Below, one piece after another: positions 13,389 to 25,961 of a stretch of DNA of 64,000 bases (position 1 is the first letter of the stretch; the number at the start of each line of letters is the position of its first letter). Location of the stretch: positions 6,200,001 to 6,264,000 of the forward strand of contig NC_134029.1 of assembly GCF_964204645.1 (NCBI RefSeq). Reading direction: 5' to 3'. This DNA is from Tubulanus polymorphus. Lineage: Eukaryota > Animalia > Nemertea. The translations under genes and the position numbers were made by a program. The notes beneath the pieces were generated by a model, which saw only the letters and a list, made by a program, of their open reading frames with translations, was not told the origin of the DNA and did no database searches.

Positions 13389-16300
13389 TTAAAGGCACAC
13401 TAATGCAGCTCCGGACCAAGTACCATCGGCTAAGCAAGTCCTACTTTCATCTCCTGACTGGTATATGAGCCCTGGTTTACAGCGATATGTGATAATTTGG
13501 CTTTGATAATATGTACTTGATGGTAGAACCCCGTCGTGGTCTATCGTGGTTGTATCATCGCTGATATCATCTGGGGGACTGCACACAGCGCCTTCGTCTA
13601 CAACAAACAAGACGAAGAAAATGGTTTTTGATTTTGAATTTAGGGAGTTTATGATAAGTGCCAATCGGTGCTATAAGTCTACCTGGTTTTAAAATGGCTT
13701 GAACTGAATAGTTTCGACATTCGGACCAATACGTCGAGAAACCACCCAGTGTCTCACCCACCGCTGGAAACTGATCATAAATCATCCATTTTTTCATGAC
13801 GGCGTTCTCTTGTTCAGGAGTCGTTGGAACGCATTTAGTATATGCCAATGGCTGGACTTCGTTCGATACATACGCCCATCCCAATACGTCACCTGCTTTG
13901 GCAGAAATTCGCTCGGTCGAGTTAAGAGGGATGGTCATCATCGTACCAGCAAATGTTTGGACGTAGGTCTCGCCGACGAGCAGAAAAGTGTTATCGCTGA
14001 CTAGCCGCCATACTTGAAAATGGACGGCTCTACTGCTGTCAGTGAAAAATGCCCATTCAATAATGGAACCATCGACAGGGATAGTTAGGGACTTAATAAT
14101 GTTGACATGTCTGTTTACATCTCTGTAGTGCTGAGGCACCATACCGTGTCCGATTGTTATTTGTAGTTCGTGGATGCCTAGAAAGTAAAACACCCTAACG
14201 CATTCATTAACTTCATTTTTATGAATGTCCAGCTGATATTGTATTATCGTTATGTATAGTAAAATCAACCAACCATCAACGATATCTAATTAAGATAGCA
14301 AACTCTGCTGGGCTACTACTACTGTAGACTCTTATTGCATTAATGTACGTACTCTGGCAGTTAGGAACAGCTCCAATCCATGTTTCATTTCCCATGCAAA
14401 CTCGGTGAAATTCCTCCTCAGTGGGACTGACGAAGCCAGTTAGACAGGCATATGACGCTACATTTCCCTGATGATAAGTCGCCAATGTTCCATCCATGAG
14501 AGAAGCATTCTGGTAAAGTGGCGGGACAGAACATCCATCTGAAAAAAAAGCCACTCACTCGATTACTCGTTAGGTATACGGTGACAAGTATGGTGATTCT
14601 AAATGAAGGAAAGGAAGTAGAACAACCTTGTTTGCAAAGTTGGTCGGCACATAGTCCACAAGTTCGAGGACAAAATGACTTGGCATAAGATTCGTATTGC
14701 GTACACATCACTGGTATTCTTAACAAGAGGCCGGGACAGTCCTCGTCTTGAACATCCTCGCAACTGGATGATACTGAAAATAATGTGAAAATCGACAATG
14801 AAAAATAGCAATATTCCCCAGCCGATTGTTTTTTTTATTTTCGACAGACGATTAAGTCACATACCAGGAGATGCACTGCCCGCACATACAAATGGTTTTG
14901 TTAATTCACAGTCAGAGCTTTGCCACGAACCACTTGGCATCAAAACTCCGCAGTCGTCATTATCGGTTCCCCAATCCCAATTGCTGTATCCAGCAAACGG
15001 CATGCCTCCCCATGTCCAATCTCCATTTACATTTTTCTCTAGACCGATCCACGCTGATGAAGAATAGTCGAGCTGTGTGACACTGAATTCAAAAGATGGC
15101 AAAAATCTTTACAATTTCCAATTTTACTCACAAAATCATTCCGCTGATTACGTACATGAGATTTCGAACGATTCCATTCTCTTGTGAGTCATGAATGTTG
15201 GCCAGCGAGTAGCCTGAATTTGGACAAGTAGCTTTCGCTTCAGCCTGGGACATTCGCTTTTTAGATAAGCGAAAGCAGTGACCATTATGCTCATAATCAC
15301 CAACACTACAACCTAGAAATTGAAATTAGAAATCTTCGGGGTATGGCGTCATTCGCGACTGATCAAAGTTGTTTTTTGACAGAATCTGTTTGATTTGACG
15401 CATTGAAACTTCGTATATAGCGTCGCTCGATTCGGTTTCTGGAAACGCATTGTATTATTATCAACGCAATAAACGATGGTATATTATCATTTACCGCTGC
15501 AACTTCGATCCGTCACAGACCATGCGCCATTACTCAGACACATGATAGTGTGTATAGCATCGCCGCCATTAGCACAAGATAGTTGGACAACATCGCCGAC
15601 ATGGTAGCTCGACTTGGCAATGGAAATCATCTGTTCTACCGTTGCATTGTATTCCGGGGGTTGGCAGCTAACACAAAACGCTGAAAATAATATACATTCA
15701 ATTCTATGATTTCAGCTTACTTCAAAATCGTATTCTTTGTAATCTTTGATTTTACATTCATTTTCTTCACTTAATAAATGCTTATACTTGCCGAATCTAC
15801 TGAGGGATATCATTCGATGCCTTACCTTTAACAGGCGGGTTCCCACAGTGGTTACAGGAGGCGTGGCAGCCGATGAATCCTGCGAGGGAATCACAAAATA
15901 ACGAATCGGAAGTCTTCATTTCTAGACAGTTCGAATACGAATCGGTGCACTCATCTATTGGAAAAATAGGCAATATGTGAGCAATGGATTAAGACGTGTC
16001 GGATTTTAGTTATCAAATCACATCTTCATTTTAGATTAATGCTTCGATACCTAATAGACATGGGTCACATAGATGTTGCTGGCATGATTTGGTATCCGTA
16101 TAACACCACGGTGCAGGCCCTCCATCTGGATTTCTACAGTAGCTATGGCCGCCCTGGATGCCGGTTCCTATATAACTGAAAGTTATATTTTACATATTAT
16201 TTTATGCAACGATGGGTCATTTTCGCTAGTTAATAATAATAGAATTTCTTCCACTTACTCAGGATTCAACGGATGCACCGAACATTTTGGATCCACTTGT

Positions 16301-19300
16301 TCCCAGTTTACGCATGGTATGTATTCTTTGGTATAGCTTACATTGCCGGCGTATGAAGCGCCTCGATCCGCTAGATTATAACAGAAATCATCCTCTGAAA
16401 CAAGAAAATGACAACGTATTTCATTTTCACTCTTCCACTTCTTCTCCCAACAATTAAAGACTACCATCTACTAGAGCAAAACGTCGTCTAAACAATTCTT
16501 TGCCGACCAAATCCAACAGTGAGCTGTTGTAATACAATCATTTTACCAGTTCGGTGTTGCCAAAACATCCGGAAAATAGAAATCATCCACCAGACGATCG
16601 TGTAGAAATTACCTGTGATGTATGATACAGAAGCAACGAATCCTTTGGCGTTGTATATTTCATTACTTTCGAAAACAACACTTGCGTAATTGGTTAGGCT
16701 GATGACGGACCTTGAGACATTACTGGTACCACAAAATCTGAATAAAATGATTAGCACAATTCAATCGATAATCTACCGAAACGGAAATCCTGGCACAATG
16801 ACGCACAAAGCGTTTGATATATCTAAATGGAAGGAATTGCTGCATCTAAGACGTTTAAATTCAGAAAAGCCAAGTATAACTAGAAGTGTAATTCTATGAA
16901 CACTTAACTGTTCGCCAGCTTGACCGGGAAACCTGCTGTAAATTATTAGCTTGTCCACGCAATCGACTGTGTGAGTTTCTACTTGAACATCGATTTCCTG
17001 AATTGTTATTTGAATGAAAGTATCTTCTGGAGCCTGGAAGATATTAAGAAGATACTTATCAAATTCTTTGCCATAGCAAGGCTTTTCGAAAATGATACAA
17101 AATCAAATTTAGACTCTTTGTATTTGACGTCTACCTGAATTAGCCATGTACAGTGATCTCCGTCGTAGTAGTTATTGGGCCATCCCGGTGACGTAATCGA
17201 TTCAATGGTGTTCGTACTGTTCAAAATGATATTGTGTCCGCATCCTGGAATATTAAGAAAAAAAAACAGATTAAACGAATAATGCCATTTAGTATGATCC
17301 AAGTATTAGTATCGGGAAATGGTGTGGTGGTGTATGGTATGGTATGGTATGGTATGGTGTGGTATGGTGTGGTGTGGTGTGGTGTGGTGTGGTGTGGTGT
17401 GGAGTGGAGTGGTGTGGTGTGGTGTGGTGTGGTGTGGTGTGGTGTGGTGTGGTGTGGTGTGGTGTGGTGTGGTGTGGTGTGGTGTGGTGTGGTGTGGTGT
17501 GGTGTGGTGTGGTGTGGTGTGGTGTGGTGTGGTGTGGTGTGGTGTGGTGTGGAAGGTGTGGTGTGGTGTGGTGTGGTGTGGAAGGTGTGGTGTGGTGTGG
17601 TGTGGTGTGGTGTGGTGTGGTGTGGTGTGGTGTTGTTCTCATTAATCGGGTGAAATGAATTTACCGTAATACAGAGGATAGTAATAGCAGTAATACAATT
17701 GGATTTCTCCCCACCATCCGCTGTGTTTTGGTTGTAAGGTTCCCGTAATGTTGTGATCGTCGGTACCAAATGAGAAGATTTCCATGCGATTGACTGTACC
17801 TGATGAAATGAAGATTCTACTAATATCAAAAAGGATTGAAACTGACTGAATTGGAGCATTCGATGAAATAGCCCTCCACAAATATAGGTTAATCATAGAT
17901 TCTTACCAGAAACCACTGGACATTCGGAGTGACCATGGAGTGGAATCAGATAAAAAGGGTCTGTGAGCGGTAAGTGTGTATCGTCATTTCCGGTGTATTC
18001 ATGGCAGCAAAATGTAATGACGGTCGAATCGTTTGTATAAATCCCAAATGGAAGCGGTCCGTACGTCTCATCTGGTTGATTAGCAGAGTATCCGTAACCA
18101 GCAAATGATACCGTAGTTGTCGACATACCTAAAAAGGAGGAAGCGGAAACTAACAGTGCGATCCTGTTAAACTTCATTGCAGTTTCCCTCTTTGTAAATA
18201 ATTTGCTTTCTTTTTAAAAATCAACTTAAAAAGTTATGTACTTTGGGGACAGTCGCTATTGGCTCCCGCAAAAATGCAGTAACTTCCTTGATCCCAAACA
18301 GCCTGATTATCGGTCGAGACAGGTATATCCGCCATACAAAATAGTTGGTAAATAGTGTAGAAGTCTAGCATTTTCGCTGGCTGATATACTGGGTTCCACC
18401 AGTAGTTATTGGCACCAGGTTGCACCGATTGATGCCGCATTGCTGGGGTCCAGTTTGGAACGGTTCCGCAATCGGCTTCCTCATCCATTACCATTGGAAT
18501 ACCGTATCTCCCTGATGGCCACTCGACTACATCTAAAATACCAAATGTTGCACATCATCTATTCAGTTACTTGTCTGTGGTTTAGTTCCCCGATCGAATG
18601 TTTTTACACCACTTAGATGAAATTGTTTTAAGCTCATTCAATTCTAAAGCCTATTTATCGCAAATATATTTTGTCGATTGTGTTGGCGTAAGTTTTTTGA
18701 TAAAGTAGACTGGCTGAATTTACCTGGGTAGCTGGCGCCGTCACAGGTTGGACCTCCAGTTGGTTCGGGACATATGCATTTACATGTGCCATCGTAATAT
18801 CCCCAATATCCTCCGTTCTGACAAGCGAGTGGTGTTTGATTTGAACAATTCTGCGCTGAAAGTGCAATAAACTGTAAGTGAAACTTCCACGAGTCGTGTA
18901 TGTGAGGTAAAAGGATTAAATCTTTTCTCACCGACGCAGCCATAAAATATCTGACCATACATAACATCATAATAACTGAGAGTCAGTTTAGAAACATCCG
19001 CTAAGTATACGTTATTTTCGTCTTTAACATTATATATCGGATGGCCGTTAGTACTGAAATCCTGTTGAAAGAATTGAAAATATTGGAAATTATGTGTATT
19101 AAAAACGCTCGAAAATCCTTTCACTCACCGAATTCTGTTCAAAAGGTAGTTAACAACTTACGAATTTGCCATAATGCATGACTGACGATAAGTCATAATT
19201 TATTGGGTATTTTGTGTAATGGGTTCCCGAAAAAAGATCTGTAAGTAGGGAAAGACATGAATTAATTTCGCACACAAGTTTCATCCTTGTAAGTAGATCC

Positions 19301-21313
19301 GATATTGATATGCAATTCTTTAATATCTTTGAAATCTAGTTTTTACCCTTATCAGTATTCTGATCCAAAGGATTGATGTACTGATCACGTTCTACTCGCG
19401 TTTGTTCGTGTGAGAATCCAAGGGAGTGCATAATCTCGTGCAATATGGTCGTCTGAAAGAGTTTCAGAATTAGCGAAATTCATGACTGATTTTTTTTAAT
19501 TACTGGTTCTATACTAACGGAAAAGTCGCATGATGATATTTCTTGTGCCGAAACATTGAGGTTACCAATGAAGGACCAACACCCCTCGTCACTGTAAATG
19601 CACCAGAAAAGAAATAATCGCGATCATATTCGGTGACAACCAAGAAGAGTCCGATTCAATGAAACGGACTTAGATCAAGGCCAGAAAATGTATGAATTAC
19701 CTGATAATAAACTTTAAAAAGCCGATGTGCGAAACTCCATAATCTGCATGAACGTTTTCGTAGTAAGGAATGAACTCCAAACACAGAACTTTTTCCAAAT
19801 ATTCCATTACCTTAATCGTTTTCTCTATCTGCCCTGTGCCTACAAATGATTTTATTACAACTCACATTCTGCCCACCTACACTTCACTTGTTCAATTACA
19901 GTATTGGTAATTATTTGAAGTGCCACACGTTGCGGTAATTATTTGAAGTGCCACACGTTTCGGTATTTTTGACCATCATCAAGTGCAACATTCACCTGAA
20001 TGTTCTTTGTACTTACCGACTGCTTCATCGAATGTGTAGAACACCTTGCCATTTTCCCAAGCCAATGAATCATCGGTTTGTATGGCTATGTCCCGTTTCT
20101 TACGGCTCTTTGTCCTTCGATCATGCGCATCTTTTTCGTCGTGTTCTCTCTTTTCGTGTTCAGTTATTTTACCAGTAACGAAATTATTTGAGCGTCGCCT
20201 TGCCTTGATTTTCGATTTCGTTTTCCTGGTTTTCTTTCTCTTCAATTTTGAGCCACTTCCCACGTTTAATATCGATCCATCATTTTGTTTTGATTTCAAC
20301 TTTTTAGCTTTCTTCGATTTTAGAGAACTAACTGCCTTGTCGATCTAGCGAATAACGTTAACAGAGAGCGTAACATTGACTAAATGCGTTGAAAAGATGA
20401 TTTCTGAAGATAAAAAACCCACCGACACCTGACAATGATCTTTCTAGGGTGAGATCGAAACATCGTGTTCTTTTAATTGTCTTATTGAATAAATTCTCTA
20501 TTTTCTTTTAAACTTTTAATCTATACAAAGTGAGTTTTTTTATCTTATAATCCGTGCACCGTGCTTTCTTACCGTCGATTTCCCTTTCGCTATGTCAAAC
20601 GCAGTACGAAGAACTTCTTTCTGGCTTTCCCCGTCGAGTTTCCCTTTCCCTGTTTTAACGATTCTATCGAGTCGTTCAACTTCAACATCCATGGCTGTTA
20701 GATGATTTTCATTTGCAAAATCGTCCTGAAAATACATGCGTTGGATCTTTTTGAATCGACATTCGGAATCGACGATTGGAATACAAGTTTAAGTTTGTTA
20801 CACACATTCGCGTTTCTGGAATGGCTTCCTGCATTTAGCACATGACTTAACCGCGACTTCTCACCGCTGGAAGGCTCCAATGTTCTGAACAGTCCTTCGC
20901 CGTCCAAAAAGATCTGCAATTGTAATTATACAAAACAAGGTGTTTTTCAAATAAACGTACCAATAATGAACCATTTCGGACGACAATTAAGAGATCTTAA
21001 GTTAATATATATCTAAATCCGATAATTCATAGATCATTTTCGGCGGATCTGTCAGTGATTACCTCGTTCAACCGTTTCGGGTTGAACTTTTTACCATTGC
21101 GAACGCTGTGTCCTCTACTATTAACACTCTCATTGATCAGATTAGCATCGGGCACGGGTGCCTTTGTCCCTAAGGCAACGCCCGCTATGCCCAAAATTAA
21201 GGTGAGTAGGCTGCAATGAAAGTGATATAGAAATATAGAGTATCCTCAATTACTATGTCGAGTGAACGTGGGTATAATTTGCTTGTAACTTACCTGAGAT
21301 TATGTAGTTTCAT
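13389..21313 (-). CDS. Secreted multidomain astacin (M12A) zinc metalloprotease: SP-pro-astacin-EGF-ApeC-CUB-kringle-(partial ShK)-Sushi-CTL-ShK-Sushi-unnamed domain-Sushi; >20 exons
   Basis: ATG at 21313; signal peptide MKLHNLSLLTLILGIAGVALG over exons 21294-21313 and 21063-21210. Furin site RKKR|DIAI; GCWSFIG; zinc motif HEIMHSLGFSHEQTRVERD (~19385-19440); Met-turn YDLSSVMHYG (~19170-19200). EGF CQNGGY..CKCICP; CUB ITSPGWPNNY..CTWLI; kringle YCRNPDGGPAPWCYT; CTL WIGL; ShK CEDVQDEDC..CPRTCGLC; three Sushi repeats. Canonical splice phases link nearly all exons; the exon 3 donor is uncertain. Confidence 0.88.
17320..17632. repeat. (GGTGT)n pentanucleotide satellite in an astacin-gene intron, with GGTAT/GGAGT/GGAA variants
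   Basis: Directly visible. It explains the spurious HHTTP and VVWCG ORFs. Confidence 0.97.
19906..19965. repeat. 28-bp tandem duplication (intronic)
   Basis: ggtaattatttgaagtgccacacgtt occurs at 19906 and 19934. Confidence 0.9.
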
Positions 21314-21360
21314 CGCCTTCCTTTACCCCACCAATGACAAAATTCATCATTCCGATTTAA

Positions 21361-21370
21361 CTTATATATA
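21361..21370 (-). promoter_or_regulatory. Probable TATA box of the astacin gene
   Basis: TATATAAG on the minus strand about 50 nt upstream of ATG 21313. Confidence 0.5.
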
Positions 21371-23256
21371 CAAGTTGCTTTAACAGGTGCTGGATTGACT
21401 TGGATTAAGATTACGAAAGGTTTTGCAATATGCGTGATTTGTATTTTGAACAGCTCTTTCATATTCGAGATGAATTCGTACATTGAAAATAACAATGGTT
21501 TTTGTTCTAAACGTCTTTATGAGGTTACATTTCCGAAAGAATTACAATGAGCATAAAATCCGGGTTAACTGTGCGTTAATTTAGAAGGGATTACGAGTCA
21601 TAATATAAATCGTCGGTTTAAAAAATTCTTTATTAACTTCCATTGTATTCACAGACAACGGTTTCAGATAGAATGGAGTATACTTCAAACAAATTATCTG
21701 CGGTCTAGACCAAACATGAAAGTAAATTGTGACGCTTATTTCCGAAGAAGATATATTGCAGTTATCAAATTAATTTTATCAATGATTTGTAATACCATGA
21801 AAGAATCACAACAATTAAAAACCTCATCTTTTGTGGGTTTACAAAACTTTCGACCCTGTACCGAAAGTTTGTCAATGATATTTTAGAAACCTCCATGAAA
21901 CCATTGAAGTCGGTAAAGTGATAGAGCAAGTTGCACAGAGTGAACTGGATTCTGGGTTCTGACTTAAGGAACTAACATCGCCCCTACAGTAAATATTACT
22001 TATAGCCTAGAAGCTATATACCATCGTATACCGGAGGGAAACCATGGGACACGATGTTGATCGGGATCGGCACAAAATGGTCCATGAAATCAAGTTCTAA
22101 GTTCTAAGACTGGAATCTGAATATTTCAACGTGAGCATTCAATTGATTTTTTCTTTTTCGTGAAAACGACGCTGGTTGTTGCCGCGAGTATCTCGCGAAC
22201 TGATAGAAATAAACTGTTGATCTTTGCTTCTTTATTGAGTCAGCACTACCTGCGGCGCTAAAGCAGTTTTCACGCATGGTATTTAGGAAATGGCTTCGAA
22301 TAATATGTATATTGCCATGCTAGGTAAGATTTTACGTGGCGCTTTTTCTATTAACATTAGACAAATAGTACATATGCATAATATATGTATACCTTCATCG
22401 TCTTCTCAATAATTTTGATCCTGAAATGATAAGTAATCAGCGCGTTTTTGAGTTTGTGGTTTGATTTCACAGTTGTACTTTCAATCTGACTCTACACTTA
22501 AATTATTTCATTTTCACTCTGTCCATCATTGAGAGGGTAACGTTTAATAATCGTTCAAATAATTCGTATAAGGTCTCTAAGACTAAGAGACTGGAGATTG
22601 TGATTTATACGACACTATGGTTTCCATGGCGATATGCTCGGATACGTACGATCAGGCACCTTGAAACCGGTTTTCGTAACCAACGCCCTAAAATTAAAGA
22701 TCGCTTTTACCAACACATTGTGTTATCAGCACGGTAGCTGATAAGGATAAATCATCTGTTCCATTCACTAGTTTTTTTGTAGTCGATACGAAAATCAAAA
22801 TAGCTCATGAAATATCTTCATGAAAAGACAAAAACCCCTGGTCTTATTCCCATGGATGTGTTTTAAGGCAACACAATTACATAAGAAATCCTGAAAATCT
22901 GAAATAGTTTTTGTTCTATCAATTACATGCAAGTCAGGAGTTGACGAATCATATTGTCCTTCGTTTCTATCTTCATCCAATCTACAATTTAGAGATATGG
23001 ACGAAGTAGAAAAATCTAATTAGAAAAAGGAAATAGAGTAAAATATACAATGCGGACTTTTAAAAAAGCCCTTTGAATATTCATATATCTATAAATATTT
23101 CACAGCTATTCTCAACCAGTATACCAGCCCCAGTGTTTTAACCATTGATCGAGACATACGCTGACTACCTACGAAACGATTAATACGGAACCAGGAATTA
23201 GTCGCTCTCTCTAGATTATTGTAATCAGTAACTCTTTTGCCTATTTAGAATCTGAC

Positions 23257-25396
23257 ATGTCATTGGTAATTCTATTATCTATTTTTACAGTAGGGTCATT
23301 GGCGGTAATTACAAGCGCAGCTGATGTTCTTCCACCATGCGAAGGTAACACTTACTGTATTCATGTCACCGACGACGGCAATTTGACCACGAAGATACCG
23401 CGTTTTACTGTGTCGTGTACTGTGAGTAGACTGTATGAATCATATCTTTCTTCATCCGATGTCTTTTCTAATAACAAATCCCGATAAATTGTTACCAACT
23501 CGGAACATTACTTTTCTATGCGAATTTTCTGTCTATTATTCAAAAAATAATGTTTGTACATCGGGGAGGTTTCTCTCATGAGAAGAAAAATGCTTATTTC
23601 AGTAGATAGAATCAGGACAGTTTTCGAGAGATAAGAAATAAAAAAAGAGTCTATTAATGCACGCATTTCAAATTCAACATGTCTCTGTCTCTATGATTTA
23701 GATAGGGTCGGAGTTCGAAGGTTCTGTCGAAGATTTTTACATCACGAAAAGTGTAATTGGTTTGCCCGCGTATAATCTGACGTACGGTTCAACTTGTGCC
23801 CAACCTTGCAGCCACAGACTAACCGTCACATCGAACCCACTTCAAGCAACTTTCACAGGTGAACAAAATGTGAATGTGTTCCTTCGTTCGTTTCGAGAAA
23901 AGGGTTATTTTCCAATGAGAAATAGAGAATGTGTCGAAAATGGTTTTAATTTTATATCTACTGGGAAGGTGCGCTCGGGGGTGATACTGGAACATATGGT
24001 TGTGTGCAAAATTCAACAGGTGAAATCAAGACTAAAGATATTACTGTCACAGGTATTGAAATAGTTACAACGCATCTCATTATGCCAAGCGAAATGATGT
24101 TTATTGCGGCTGCTCCATCTACGAATGAAGATTATATTACTTCACACAATTTCAGGATCGGTAATTGGTGGTGGGCCATATTGGTTGCAAAAAGTAAATG
24201 GGCACAATGTTTACTTGACTACAGGCGAAAAGCTAACGGTAGATCTTCGAAACATATCTCTAATCCCAAATATAACGTAAGCCGTTGTTATTTCTAACAG
24301 CAGTGTTTCGATAAAATGGGCCGATGAATAGATATGTTTTTATTGTTTCAGGTGCTTAGCGAATTCTGGTGGTTATATGGCTCCTTCTCTTACGATAGAC
24401 CTTCCAGAAAATCCTTCCCACCTATCGATACGTAAAAACGGCAGCATCGGGAATGGAATCCCCGTAAATGGGTAAGTTAGGAGCATACGACGACTGTTAG
24501 ATTTTTTCGATTCCAATGCATTCTTGTAATGATTTCATTATCATAGGATCCATATTTGGTGGGTCGCCAAGACGGAGTTAGTTCTGACGAACGACGTGAT
24601 CAGTGACCTTATATCGACAGATGATCACGGACGGGATCTATCGTGTACCGCAGCAACTGTTGGTTCAGAACTTAGCAAAAACGTTACTCTATTTGTTAAA
24701 TGTAAGATTGAAAGGAAGCGAATTTATAAGCTGTTTTCGAATGCATGTAAAGTAATCAAAAGTAATCAAAGATTCTGATGAATAGCTTCCACGTAAATAT
24801 TAGTGTAAATGTGGGAATCAGATATTGAGTGACTCGTTTAGCTAGTCTTGAATGTTGAACGTATTATACATTTTTCAGTTTTTCCAGAAAAGTTTCGTGG
24901 AAAGAGTGCCACGGGCATTAAACCTGGTGATTTGAACGTAAAGGTTTCAATCAGTTTCTCGGCAAACCCGTTGCCCGCGGATTCAGAAGTTATATGGAAA
25001 ACCAAAGGTGACAGGCTACTTAGTAGCTCGGCGCAGTACCAAATAACAAACATCGTACGTGTTATTCGAAAAGGCAGTCTTTATACCGGTGTATAATGTG
25101 CATTAAACCTGGGGAACAAGAATCATACATGGTTGTTGTATACGTTATATTTCCAAGAGAAAATAATCCATATTCTAACCATGCGTCATTTTTTACAGAT
25201 GGAAAACATCGAATTCAATTCAACTTTGACAATTGTGAATGTGACCAAAGAAGACATAGGAATACAATACTGGATTCAAATGAACAGAGTCCCAACACCG
25301 ATTACTGTAACAATAAGCTCCGCTACAAAGAACTACAAAACTTGGACACTGTTAACAGTAACAATATTAGTGTATTCTTCATTTTCGTTAACGTAA
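23257..25396 (+). CDS. Ig-superfamily cell-surface protein: 3 Ig-like domains, ~8 exons, probable GPI anchor, fasciclin-III/nectin-like layout
   Basis: Signal peptide MSLVILLSIFTVGSLAVITSA. Ig1 FTVSCT...GDTGTYGCVQ; Ig2 ITCLA...DDHGRDLSCTA; Ig3 SISFSANPLPADSEVIW...STLTIVNVTKEDIG. Ends in hydrophobic WTLLTVTILVYSSFSLT-stop with no cytoplasmic tail. GT-AG phases are consistent. Confidence 0.75.
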
Positions 25397-25555
25397 TAGT
25401 AATTTAACGTAAATTTATTCGAGATCTAATTCACATTTGACTTAGGTTTTAGTTCTGTACTAAAAAAAATAATCCAATTCAAGACCACTTGCGGATAGTT
25501 TAGAGATTTGTTGTAATTTAGTTGTAAATAATGATTTGATACTCAGAGTTGTCGA

Positions 25556-25654
25556 ATTATCGGCATCATCAAGTTCCACCGGTGACTCTAGGTCTTTGTT
25601 TTACCTTGTATATACACATATGTTATTGAGAAAATATCATATAAAATAAATAGA

Positions 25655-25738
<84 letters not shown>

Positions 25739-25837
25739 TCTATTTATTTTATATGATATTTTCTCAATAACATATGTGTATATACAAGGTAAAACAAAGA
25801 CCTAGAGTCACCGGTGGAACTTGATGATGCCGATAAT
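25556..25837. repeat. 282-bp perfect palindrome: 103-bp unique arms around (TA)38
   Basis: 25556-25658 is the exact reverse complement of 25735-25837. The (TA)n run spans 25659-25734. Confidence 0.95.
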
Positions 25838-25961
25838 AGGGGAATTAAAAACTATATATATATACATGTAGATAAAGTTCATACACGTGATATGCAAAAT
25901 GATGTCGATTTTTTGTTTATTGTTCCATGCCGCTAAAGGCGGGTCACGTGATCGTGTGACG

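Noticed and set aside
17320-17632. Possible CRISPR array or telomeric repeat
   Set aside because: A simple 5-mer with no spacers, and not TTAGGG/TTAGG.
17221-17859. ORFs with HHTTP / VVWCG repeats
   Set aside because: They are translations of the intronic (GGTGT)n satellite and are open in several frames on both strands.
22620-22633. X-box-like gtttccatggcgat between the astacin and Ig genes
   Set aside because: A single short motif far from either start codon; cannot be told apart from chance.
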